Below, piece by piece: positions 19,646 to 28,897 of a stretch of 64,000 nt of DNA (its first letter is position 1; each line of letters opens with the position of its first letter). The stretch is taken from positions 8,953 to 72,952 of the forward strand of contig DASPSR010000061.1 of NCBI GenBank assembly GCA_035623825.1, in the 5' to 3' direction. A program made the translations under genes and the position numbers. Below the pieces are notes generated by a model. It worked only from the letters and a program-made list of their open reading frames with translations, had not been told where the DNA came from and did not search any database. The DNA comes from Nitrospirota bacterium. GTDB taxonomy: Bacteria > Nitrospirota > UBA9217.

Positions 19646-20845
19646 ATGAAAAAAGACTTTATGTTCACCTCGGAATCGGTCACAGAAGGCCATCCAGACA
19701 AGCTCTGCGACGTCATCAGTGACGCCATTGTTGATCATGTGCTCCAGAAGGATCCCTACGCCAATATCATCGCCGAATGCGCCGTTTCCACGGCTATCGT
19801 TTTTATCGCTGCCAGATTCGCAACCGTTGCCAACGTGGATTATGCCAATGTGGCCAGGCAGGTAATCAGCCAGGTTGACTACGACCAGGCGGCCTTCAAT
19901 GCGAAGACCTGCAGCGTGATCACGAGTCTCAAAGAGGTTCCGAAGGAGAGGCGGCTCCCAGCCGATGAGCGCAGCATGACTGATGAAGAGATCGAGCGTG
20001 TCACCGCCAAAAATCAGGTTACCGTGTTCGGATTCGCCTGTAATCAAACGGCGGCCTTCATGCCGCTTCCGGTCTGGCTGGCCCACCGTCTCGCCCGGAA
20101 GCTCACAGCCGTGCGACTGCAGAAGACGCTCACTTACCTTGCCCCCGATGGTAAAACCCAGGTGGGGATTGAATATCGGGCCGGCAGGCCGTATCGCGTG
20201 CACAGCGTCACCATCATTGCGAGCCAGAAACAGTCTGCTGACAGAGGCGGACCTGATCTCGAAAGGCTTTCAGAGGATATCAGGGAATCAGTTTTGCAGC
20301 CAGTATTCCAGGACGAGGAGATTAAGCCGGATGGAGCGACGCGGATATTCATCAATCCCGATGGTGCCTTCATAGGTGGTGGTCCCGCGGTACACTCGGG
20401 ACTGACGGGAAGAAAGAATGCAATCGACACGTATGGTGAATATTCCCGCCACAGCGGTGCAGCGCTGAGCGGAAAAGACCCCTCCCGGATCGACCGGATC
20501 GGCGCGTACGCTGCCCGCTACGCAGCCAAGAATGTGGTTGCCGCCGGGATTGCCAAAGCCTGTGAAATCCAGCTCAGTTATTCCATAGGCCTCGCACGGC
20601 CGGTGAGCATCCAGGTGGAAACCTTCGGGACCGGCGAAATGCCTGATGAAAAAATAGCCGACATTGTGGAAAAAAATTTCGATTTCCGGCCAGAGGGGAT
20701 CGTCCGTCAGTTCAACCTGCGACAACTCCCCTCTGCAGTGAAAGGCGGATTCTATCGGAAGCTCGCGGCATACGGTCAGATGGGAAGGATGGATATCGGT
20801 TTGCCGTGGGAGTTGACTGACAGGGCGCCCCGCTTGAAAGGGTAA
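19646..20845 (+). CDS. metK: Methionine adenosyltransferase-family protein (divergent MetK paralogue)
   Basis: FTSESVTEGHPDK, PDGKTQV, GLTGRK, DTYG and SGKD retained; GAGDQG signature and the Met ligands are altered. Confidence 0.85.
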   Translation: MKKDFMFTSESVTEGHPDKLCDVISDAIVDHVLQKDPYANIIAECAVSTAIVFIAARFATVANVDYANVARQVISQVDYDQAAFNAKTCSVITSLKEVPKERRLPADERSMTDEEIERVTAKNQVTVFGFACNQTAAFMPLPVWLAHRLARKLTAVRLQKTLTYLAPDGKTQVGIEYRAGRPYRVHSVTIIASQKQSADRGGPDLERLSEDIRESVLQPVFQDEEIKPDGATRIFINPDGAFIGGGPAVHSGLTGRKNAIDTYGEYSRHSGAALSGKDPSRIDRIGAYAARYAAKNVVAAGIAKACEIQLSYSIGLARPVSIQVETFGTGEMPDEKIADIVEKNFDFRPEGIVRQFNLRQLPSAVKGGFYRKLAAYGQMGRMDIGLPWELTDRAPRLKG

Positions 20846-20977
20846 GGGGGGCATCATGTCTGACAATATGGCGAGTGATGCGTTCAGGGCGCGAACTAAG
20901 CGAACGGAGGTTGGCGCAGCGTGATGGTTTGCATCATGTGACCATACTGTCAGTCTGGCGCGAGGGGGGATTACAAC

Positions 20978-21238
20978 GTGAACGGACAGACCTTAGATGA
21001 TAATGAGAAACAGAAGCGTAATCACCGACTTGCTATCGAGAACGTGGCGCAGGACCTTCAGTGCTCCAAAGAGAGTGTAATGACATTGTACGAGATCGTG
21101 TTGACGCGTTATATGCGAAAAGCCAGGATCAAGGATTTTGTTACGCCGCTGGTCATCAAACGCGTCAAAGAACTGCTTAAAGATGATACACCCCCATCTA
21201 CCCTGGAAGGCAGGAGAAATCGTAACTCAGAATTTTGA
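20978..21238 (+). CDS. DUF3562-like three-helix-bundle protein, copy 2
   Basis: HRLAIENVAQDL...LY...ARIKDFVTPLVIKRVKELL; aligns with 13682-13909. Confidence 0.65.
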   Translation: MNGQTLDDNEKQKRNHRLAIENVAQDLQCSKESVMTLYEIVLTRYMRKARIKDFVTPLVIKRVKELLKDDTPPSTLEGRRNRNSEF

Positions 21239-21430
21239 TCATGACCGGAATGTTTCGTGAAAGCTGTCTTGACCGGGGTCTGAAACAGGTTGCGTTCTTG
21301 ACATCATAAGGTTCGGAATCACTGCCAGTGGATGAAATAACGAAATAAAGGGAAGGGAATAATGAACCGTAGCTCCTGGAGAATCGTCGAAACAGGAGGG
21401 CAAGTGTAGATCATCTATCTGTCTGTTAGA

Positions 21431-21802
21431 TTAGAGCAATATAGCCAAGAATGACAATCCGGTTCCTTCGAGAGCGCTTCCAATAAACGCTCCAGTGACG
21501 GCTCTGGTCATCGCGTTATATGCCTTAGTTGTTGCTTGATGGATCACCTGATCATTGGTGATCGTTTTGTCGGGATGGTAGAAACCTACCCTCTCTAGAG
21601 CGCTCAGGATGTCCTGATGATTGATCTCCTTGGGATTGTAGTTGATCAAGAGACTGCCGGTAGTCGTATTGAAATCAGCTGTTCCGATACCATGTCCCAT
21701 GTTCACGAGAGCCTTTTGTACATCATAATGAACCGCGCTGTTCTTGAATAACGGATTTTTGATACGTAATCTGCCCGGAACGTTATGCACGTAATGGTTC
21801 AC
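21431..21802 (-). CDS. HMA2-domain protein with a C-terminal hydrophobic tail
   Basis: YVHNVPGRLRIK, FNTTTGSLLINY; AGGAGG RBS. Confidence 0.8.
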   Translation of the reverse strand: MNHYVHNVPGRLRIKNPLFKNSAVHYDVQKALVNMGHGIGTADFNTTTGSLLINYNPKEINHQDILSALERVGFYHPDKTITNDQVIHQATTKAYNAMTRAVTGAFIGSALEGTGLSFLAILL

Positions 21803-22085
21803 CAGGTAAGCCCTCCTTAAAAGAGATTTTAGTATATCCCTTGCAATTGGGGTAATCTGAGCACCTGAAGCGCATCACATGCGTTTCCCGCCTGTACACA
21901 TGCATCGAGAGACCGCATGAGGGACACGTCGGTCGAGTTTTCGGTTCAAGGCGTTTAGAGCCGAGAAGAAACTGTCTGCCGCACATTATGCATTTGTAGC
22001 GTTGCCTCCCGTCATGCACATGACCATATCTATACAGCGCTTCTGAACTACAAGCCGGGCATCTGTACGCGATCGCCGTTGCCAT
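21783..22085 (-). CDS. Double zinc-ribbon protein, copy 2
   Basis: CPAC...GRQRYKCIMC then CPSC...FRCSDYPNC; start reassigned to ATG 22085 (GGAAGG RBS); overlaps the HMA2 gene start. Confidence 0.75.
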   Translation of the reverse strand: MATAIAYRCPACSSEALYRYGHVHDGRQRYKCIMCGRQFLLGSKRLEPKTRPTCPSCGLSMHVYRRETHVMRFRCSDYPNCKGYTKISFKEGLPGEPLRA

Positions 22086-22109
22086 AGTGTTTATCCTTCC
22101 CATGAAAAA

Positions 22110-22164
22110 ACAATACACTACATATGTTACAATTGTGTTACAACATAGTTAAATTTTTGTTACA
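22110..22164 (-). promoter_or_regulatory. Pho-box-like promoter with four repeats
   Basis: Minus strand TGTAACA-N4-TTTAACT-N4-TGTAACA-N4-TGTAACA-N9-TATTGT. Confidence 0.72.
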
Positions 22165-22500
22165 GACGATCATAGCCGCTAAGGCTGCGTAGTTGCAGTA
22201 AAAAGGCGCTCGTAAAATAATAATGTCAGCTCATGATTTATTTCTCGAATGGATGCTTGATCTGCTATAATTGTCGATACTGAAGCGGCAAACGAATTGC
22301 GCATATGAGAGGATTATGTCGGTGCCGTGAATTACCTTGTGATAGCCGGTGGTGATCCGTAGCAGACATGAGAGATCGGCACACTTTGTGTGATAATCGA
22401 ATACGATCATCAGGGGCTGTTGCGGATAATGCGGTTATCAACTCATCAGATGGGCAATCGACTACGCTGCTCTGAGAAATTTATTAACAGGCGGGACTGG

Positions 22501-22779
22501 ATGCAAAGACATCGTATACTCAGTTATGCGAATATAGATAAAGCCAAGATTGACGTGATGTTGAAAGAGTTGATCGCTCGTGGAGCCGCGGTTAGAGGGA
22601 AAAATCCATGGGACATCGACACGTATCATCACGGCGTAATATTAAGAGCCGAATGGAACGAGGCTGCTTCGACCTTGGCCGTATCCGTAACACACAATAA
22701 CTGGTACATCTCACGCGAGACGATATGTGACCAGATCGACTCACTGATGCATACTATCAAGGAGCCGGAAACGGTATGA
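22501..22779 (+). CDS. Hypothetical protein
   Basis: 92-aa ORF from ATG 22501 with globular composition; start uncertain. Confidence 0.5.
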   Translation: MQRHRILSYANIDKAKIDVMLKELIARGAAVRGKNPWDIDTYHHGVILRAEWNEAASTLAVSVTHNNWYISRETICDQIDSLMHTIKEPETV

Positions 22780-22991
22780 ACCGTTAAGGAAAGGTCACGA
22801 GAATGTGTTATAAAAGAGGGAGGAGCGAAATGACCGGTTAAAAGGGCAATATTAGCGGTCACGCAAAGATTCAAGCTCCGGGTTGATTGCGAAAGGGGTC
22901 TTTCTAATGGAGCCATCGTCTGAAGAAAAAGCAGTCTATCAAGAAAGAGTAAGAAGCAATATGCATGACGCGATAGCTCTCGATGGCGGAA

Positions 22992-24749
22992 TTAATTTAA
23001 ATAGATTTTTGCCTTCGTTCCTTTCCCATGCGTGCTTTCGATCTTAATATCCCAGCCGTGCGCTTTCACGAGGTGTTTCACGATCGCAAGGCCGAGGCCG
23101 GTTCCCCCCATGTTCCGCGAGCGGCCCGGATCGACCCGGTAGAAACGCTCGCCGAGCCTCGGCAGATGTTTTTGCGGGATCCCAATGCCGGTATCTACTA
23201 CGAATAAATAGATCCTTCCGTTTTCGTTTGCGTCTCCAAACGTTACACTGCCCGTTTCGGTGAACTTGATAGCATTGTCCACGAGGTTGGTTAGAATCTG
23301 GATGAGCCGGTCCCGATCGGCTTCAATGGTTCTGGGCTCAGGAAGGACCTGCGTTTTGATCGCAAGGTTCTTTGCCTTAGCCTTGTCCCCAAGCACAGTC
23401 AAGACGTGCTCCGTGACATCCTTTATATCGACGCTCGATTTTTGAACCTTGATGACGCCCAGTTCGAGTTTCGAAATAGTCATAAGATCATCCACAAGAC
23501 TGTTGATCCGCTCGCTGTTGGCCTTGATGGTCTGCAGAAATTTGACGGCATGATCGCGGTCATCGATAGCGCCTTCCAGCAGCGTATCGGCAAAACCTTG
23601 AATGGCGGTGATCGGGGTCTTTATCTCGTGGGAGATGTTGGCGACGAAATCCTTTCTGGTCTGTTCGAGCCTTTTCAGCTGTGTGATGTCATGGAATATG
23701 GCGACAAACCCTGAGAGTTCCCGTTCGGTATAAAAAAGAGGGGATACCTGGACGACGCAATGCTGCTCCAGGGGAGAATCGATCGTTATCTCGGCGCTGG
23801 CTGCCCTTTCTTCCTTCCGCACCGTTTCCATGAGCGACAGGAAATCGCTGCTCCTGACGACCTCGATGAAGGGTTTTCCCTGGAGAGCGATGTCGCCAAA
23901 CAGTTTTCTCGCCGCGACGCTGGACAGCATGATCATGCCCTTTGCATCGATGATGAACAGGGCATCGGGAATGTTCCTGAGTATCATGCTCAGGCGATGC
24001 TGTTCCTCCTCATGGCAGACTATGCTGTTTTTAAGTTCCTCGGACATTGCATTAAGGCTCTCGGCAATCTCGTCGAACTCTCCCGCACGGCTAAGAAACA
24101 GTTTTTTACCGACTTCGCCTCGGGAAAGTGATCTGGCAAAATCCCTAATCTGCCGCGTTAGCTTCCGGATATGTTCCATTTGCCAAAGCAAGAAGATGCC
24201 GGTAGCCAAAAGGACAGAAAAGACAATGGAAAGGATCTTGAACCTGAGGATGTTAATCGACGCATCGACGTCTTTGAGCGGAATGCTTAGGCGGATGAAT
24301 CCTTCAGGGCCTGCTCCTCTCTCGACTTTGATTGCGACATAGAGGAAGTTATATTTCATGGTGTCGCTGAACCGGATGGCATTGCCCGTACCGCTCAAGG
24401 ACGCCTGCTGGATCTCCTGCCGGTGCCCATGATTGTCCATAAGTGAAGAATCATTATCAGAGTCGCCGATGACCCTTCCGTTGAGTGCAATGAGCGTGAC
24501 CCGTGAGCCCGTCCTTGCCTTGAGCTTTCGGCAAAGGTCATCGAGGGGCGATGGCGCGTTCAAGGATATGGTGCTTGAGATGAGGTTCGCCTGAACAGCG
24601 AGGTTGTTTTGAAGACCCTCGACATATCTCTCCCGGACCGCGCTGGTGATGAACAGTTCGGTAATAAGCGCCGCAAGGATCATGATGATTGCATAGATGA
24701 TGAAGATCCGCCGAAAGATACTCGGCTTATGAATGTGGTTATTCGACAT
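22992..24749 (-). CDS. phoR: PhoR-like sensor histidine kinase (TM-HAMP-PAS-HisKA-HATPase)
   Basis: DFVANISHEIKTP, NLVDNAIKF, DTGIGI, ERFYRVD...GGTGLGL; start overlaps the phoB stop. Confidence 0.85.
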   Translation of the reverse strand: MSNNHIHKPSIFRRIFIIYAIIMILAALITELFITSAVRERYVEGLQNNLAVQANLISSTISLNAPSPLDDLCRKLKARTGSRVTLIALNGRVIGDSDNDSSLMDNHGHRQEIQQASLSGTGNAIRFSDTMKYNFLYVAIKVERGAGPEGFIRLSIPLKDVDASINILRFKILSIVFSVLLATGIFLLWQMEHIRKLTRQIRDFARSLSRGEVGKKLFLSRAGEFDEIAESLNAMSEELKNSIVCHEEEQHRLSMILRNIPDALFIIDAKGMIMLSSVAARKLFGDIALQGKPFIEVVRSSDFLSLMETVRKEERAASAEITIDSPLEQHCVVQVSPLFYTERELSGFVAIFHDITQLKRLEQTRKDFVANISHEIKTPITAIQGFADTLLEGAIDDRDHAVKFLQTIKANSERINSLVDDLMTISKLELGVIKVQKSSVDIKDVTEHVLTVLGDKAKAKNLAIKTQVLPEPRTIEADRDRLIQILTNLVDNAIKFTETGSVTFGDANENGRIYLFVVDTGIGIPQKHLPRLGERFYRVDPGRSRNMGGTGLGLAIVKHLVKAHGWDIKIESTHGKGTKAKIYLN

Positions 24750-25443
24750 AGTAGCCAACCCCCCTCCGGGTCCTGATATATACAGGATTAGAGGGGTCAT
24801 TTTCAATCTGGGTCCTCAGCCGTCGTATGTGCACATCAACGGTCCTCGGTTCAACGTAGGACTCGTCCTTCCAGACAGCGTCGAGCAGCTGTTCACGGCT
24901 GAAGACCCTGCCCTTTCTCTCGGCCAGAAACAGGAGTAATTTGAACTCTGTTGCGCTGAGGTGCAAGGGGGCATCAGCCTTGGTCACCTGATAGGTCTCT
25001 GCGTTGATACGCAGATCGCCGATGTTAATGACCTTGTCCTTCGTCACGCCTTCGCCGGTCCTTCGGAGGATGGCCTTCACTCGCGCAACGAGCTCCTTTG
25101 GACTGAAGGGTTTTGCCATATAGTCGTCGGCGCCGGTTTCGAGGCCGCGTACCCTGTCCGATACTTCACCCCTGGCGGTCAGCATGATGATGGGGATGGC
25201 TTCTGTTTTTGGATTGCTCCTGAGCATGCGGCAGAGCTCAACGCCCTGGATGCCCGGGAGCATGAGATCGAGGATGATTAGGTCAAATTGCCCCTTGCGG
25301 ACCTTTTCGAGAGCATCCTCGCCGTCAGGGGCAGTGAAAACTTTAAAACCCTCTTTTTTGAGATTATATGAGACTAGTTCTACGAGATCAGGTTCATCAT
25401 CCACTACCAATATCTTTCTTGCATTCATACTGAACGTCCTCAT
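24739..25443 (-). CDS. phoB: PhoB-like OmpR-family response regulator
   Basis: VVDDE, LDLMLP, GADDY.AKPFS, and recognition helix RTVDVHIRRLR characteristic of PhoB. Confidence 0.85.
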   Translation of the reverse strand: MRTFSMNARKILVVDDEPDLVELVSYNLKKEGFKVFTAPDGEDALEKVRKGQFDLIILDLMLPGIQGVELCRMLRSNPKTEAIPIIMLTARGEVSDRVRGLETGADDYMAKPFSPKELVARVKAILRRTGEGVTKDKVINIGDLRINAETYQVTKADAPLHLSATEFKLLLFLAERKGRVFSREQLLDAVWKDESYVEPRTVDVHIRRLRTQIENDPSNPVYIRTRRGVGYYVE

Positions 25444-25718
25444 CTGTTTTTTACGTCACTAATTTTGGAAAAGTGTCGCTCCAATTTTTGTAATTATTGC
25501 TCATTTCGCGGATTTTGTCAAAACCTCTTTTTGATGGGGGATGGAATCTATAAAACGATCATGACACACTTAGTATCATGATCGTCATTGCACGCTATCG
25601 AGGAATGCAAGTCACGCAGCACCGCACGGAGATCGGGCAACGCAAAGGAATCGGTCGTCCTGACTAACAGTTGATCAAGAAAGTGCTGGGTCCGCGCCTT
25701 CGACCTGGTTCTCGTCCC

Positions 25719-27812
25719 TCAATGCCCCAAGGTGTCGCCGGTGACCTCCCAGATCTGATAAATGGGGCTGTAAAGAACAAGGGGTTGAAAGTACTTCCTG
25801 TCCGGTTGGTGCCGTACAAAGAGCTTATGGAACACTGAGTTGGTGAGCTCCGGGAGCGTGAGCACTGCTAAACGGCCTGGGAAGAAGATGTCCAATTCAG
25901 ACCCCGACTCTCGGTACTTCTGAGTACCTTCATATATCATATTTCGGAAAAAGGCCTGGCTCAAGTTGACCTGACTCGAGCTGACCGTGGCAATCCCAAT
26001 TTGCAGGTCCGCCTCTAATCCGCCTCCGCTTATATTCTGATCCGTGCCATTCACCTCCTGAAAAACGAGGTAAGGTGCCACGTCGTTCCTCAGATGCCCA
26101 GGACGCCAAGTGCCCGGACGGTACCAGCCATCAAACGAACGCAACAGGCTGAATTCAAGAAAGAGAAAAATCCTTCGGTTAGATTGCGGAAAGAGGAATG
26201 ACTCCCAAGATCGGCTACCGGCCGGAGGCTCTTGCAATCCTGCGGTTGCAATGATTTGACCGGCTTTGGAAGGACCTGCAGCCAGGGCTTCTATTAATGT
26301 GTCAAACTTCTTGGCTGGTCCCCCCGATCGCGCCCAAAAATCTATCAGCCCCTGCTCTCCCCGGTTCGCGTAAAATTGGATCCAATTCGCAGCCAGTCGA
26401 AAATCATCAGTGGCAAAAGGAATTGCATTGGCCACCACTGCCTGTCCGTTCCCGCCAATGCCTCCGTCCGCAACAGGTGTCCTTCCCGACTCATAGGCGA
26501 CGGGATAGCCCACGCTCCAACCGCACCAGATCAAAGAGCCCTCGGGTGTGAGTTTTCCCACCTTCGCGATCCCCTCCATGATCTGCGGATCAACATAGGG
26601 CCAGATAACGCCGACGGGGATTTGATTGATTAAAACCAGACCGGTTATTACTCCGGCGGCGGCGGGATCGGCCCAACGCCAGGGGGAGGCAGCGAAGCGT
26701 TGCCATACCTCGGATACAAGGACTCCTGAGCCGAGTGCCAGGAGGGGAGACAAAAAAATTATAAATCGCTGCCCCGTAAAGAATATCAAAACCCCAATCG
26801 AGGCGAGGGGCAGCAGTACGATCGCGTCGCGCCACTTTTTTCGCAGAATAAGCACTACGCCAAGAACTCCAACCAGGAACCCGACAACGCTGCCGCTTGT
26901 CATGCGCGCAATGTAGGTGAAATCATGCTTCTCCAATTCCGACAGAAAAAGGGATGGGCTTGGAAACGGGCTTTTTTCGCGGACAAAGACAACATCAGAG
27001 AGAATTTTGATCTGCTGGAGCAAGCCTGATACTCCATAGATCGCGATCGCGGCAGCCAGAATGATCCCCGATGAAAAAAGCAGCCACAATTTCCTCCTGT
27101 TGAGTGATCCTTCAGAGGTTATTAGGGAGAGGACAATAGGTACGACTGAAAGGTACACGACCATAATAGCATTGGTATCCCAGGACCAATAAAGCAGACA
27201 GCCTAATCCAGCCAAAAAAGTCGAGAACAACAGCACTTTTGCCATATCGCGCTCACGAATACGTAATGATGCCCAGGCAATCCACAAGCTCAATGGGACT
27301 ATCAGACAGTCGGTATCATAAAACGCGAATCCTGACCGGTACACCCAGAGAGGGGCCATAGTTCCGATTAGGCCGGCGAAAGCGCCTGCAATCCAGCTAC
27401 CTCCAACATCCGCTGCAAGGAGATAGAGCGGGATTGCCGCCGATGTTCCGAGAACAACAGGTATCCAGGCGGCACACCATTCAAGGGACACCCCAGTCAC
27501 CCTTGACAACGTAGCAGCGAGTAACGAAAGGAGAGGCGACAAATACGGAAACGGTTCCGGATCGTTGGCGACGACATCAGATCGGCCGGCTTTTCTTTCG
27601 TTCATATCCCTCGCCAGGCCCAGATAGTGATAACCGTCGCATTCTCTTAAAACCGGCGACCCTTTGTAAAAAGCCTGTTCCGGGGCCTTCTCCCAGGCAT
27701 GCCAGACGGATGCTCGCTGTCCGGCTCCCGCAGCCAAAATTCCGATAAGACACAGAACAGGCAGCGCTCTCTGCAGGAGAAACGTTCCAGTGAGGTCACT
27801 TTTCTTTATCAT
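25719..27812 (-). CDS. STT3/PglB/AglB-family oligosaccharyltransferase-like protein
   Basis: ECDGYHY, YRSG..YDTD, SELE, GQRF, and GWSVGYPV...DGG at the WWDYG position; many TM helices plus a periplasmic domain. Confidence 0.8.
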   Translation of the reverse strand: MIKKSDLTGTFLLQRALPVLCLIGILAAGAGQRASVWHAWEKAPEQAFYKGSPVLRECDGYHYLGLARDMNERKAGRSDVVANDPEPFPYLSPLLSLLAATLSRVTGVSLEWCAAWIPVVLGTSAAIPLYLLAADVGGSWIAGAFAGLIGTMAPLWVYRSGFAFYDTDCLIVPLSLWIAWASLRIRERDMAKVLLFSTFLAGLGCLLYWSWDTNAIMVVYLSVVPIVLSLITSEGSLNRRKLWLLFSSGIILAAAIAIYGVSGLLQQIKILSDVVFVREKSPFPSPSLFLSELEKHDFTYIARMTSGSVVGFLVGVLGVVLILRKKWRDAIVLLPLASIGVLIFFTGQRFIIFLSPLLALGSGVLVSEVWQRFAASPWRWADPAAAGVITGLVLINQIPVGVIWPYVDPQIMEGIAKVGKLTPEGSLIWCGWSVGYPVAYESGRTPVADGGIGGNGQAVVANAIPFATDDFRLAANWIQFYANRGEQGLIDFWARSGGPAKKFDTLIEALAAGPSKAGQIIATAGLQEPPAGSRSWESFLFPQSNRRIFLFLEFSLLRSFDGWYRPGTWRPGHLRNDVAPYLVFQEVNGTDQNISGGGLEADLQIGIATVSSSQVNLSQAFFRNMIYEGTQKYRESGSELDIFFPGRLAVLTLPELTNSVFHKLFVRHQPDRKYFQPLVLYSPIYQIWEVTGDTLGH

Positions 27813-27842
27813 GTGTGTCCTTTCTTTTTCTCCCTAATGCTC

Positions 27843-28897
27843 TTACATGGGAAAAGCAGGAACTCCTTGCTTTTGGAACCTGACCAGATAGAGCAAGATC
27901 AGCATTGGAACCAGATACTGTCCGATAACGACCAATGCGAGGTCAGTCTTCTGTAGCATTGTGAAATGAAACAAAGCCATAAGCGCATTGTCGATTCTAT
28001 GAAACAGATGGATCAGAAACAGGACGCCGATGCCGCTCCAAGGAGACGGATCCTTTGTCGCCAGGGTATCGAGGAGGCGGCAAGAACCAGAGAGACGGCG
28101 ATGACGATACTGAAGGTTTCATAGTACACCGCGGTTTCGTGCGCAAGCCCTGCAGGACGGCCGAACAGGGATAATCCGAAGACCATCAGCCGGTCAAGGA
28201 GCAGTATATATCCATGATTAAGCCTGAGCCAGACCAGGAATACGATTGACGAAATCAATCCAAAGCGGGTCAGCAAACCCGTCGTGTCCGGTGACGAGCC
28301 CTCCCTTGTTCCACACCTCTCGGCAGATCTCATCCAGAGGATGCAGCATGAGAGCACAAGAAGCAGGGTAAATACCTGACCAAGATATACGTGGGTCACA
28401 TCAAAGAGCCGGATGTCATATCGGCTTATGACGAACGTAGCCACCAGCCGGAACACGTTGCCTAGATACAATACGGGGATTCCCCAAGCCAGGGCCGTCC
28501 CCTTTTGCCGCCACGATGAAGGATGAAACGCCACAAAGCAAACGAAAAGGATTGACGCGAAAATGGGCGTGCACTCAGGAATGATCCGGACAGCCAGTCC
28601 ATTTTCTGAAACCACGTCGCCGGCAGTCGAAGCGGTAAAGCCCATGGCATTCAGTACCAGACCAAGCATGGAGGCGGTATGTTCGTTAAAGGGTCTTGTA
28701 AACGACGACGGCAGCGCGTGAATGAGCGCATAGAGGCCGATACAGGCAAGGGTGAAGGCCGCGATTGCACGCAAACGGCCATAACGTGCCGCCTCCAATA
28801 CGGTATTGTCCGGTGCATCCTCTCTGATGACGAGTGCCCTTTTTTTGTCGCGACGATGTCTTGATTTTCGCTTACCCATTATCGTCCTGGGGGTCAC
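27843..28897 (-). CDS. Exosortase (XrtH-like) with a frameshifted C-terminal membrane domain
   Basis: IIPECT (Cys), NVFRL (Arg), THVYLGQ (His). The ORF stops at 28013, but a hydrophobic continuation (IGVLFLIHLFHRIDNAL...GQYLVP...) runs in another frame to TAA 27843. Confidence 0.8.

Noticed and set aside
13276-22118. Composite IS1 transposon suggested by two InsA-like ORFs
   Set aside because: No InsB/DDE transposase, terminal inverted repeats or target duplication seen, and the copies are strongly diverged.
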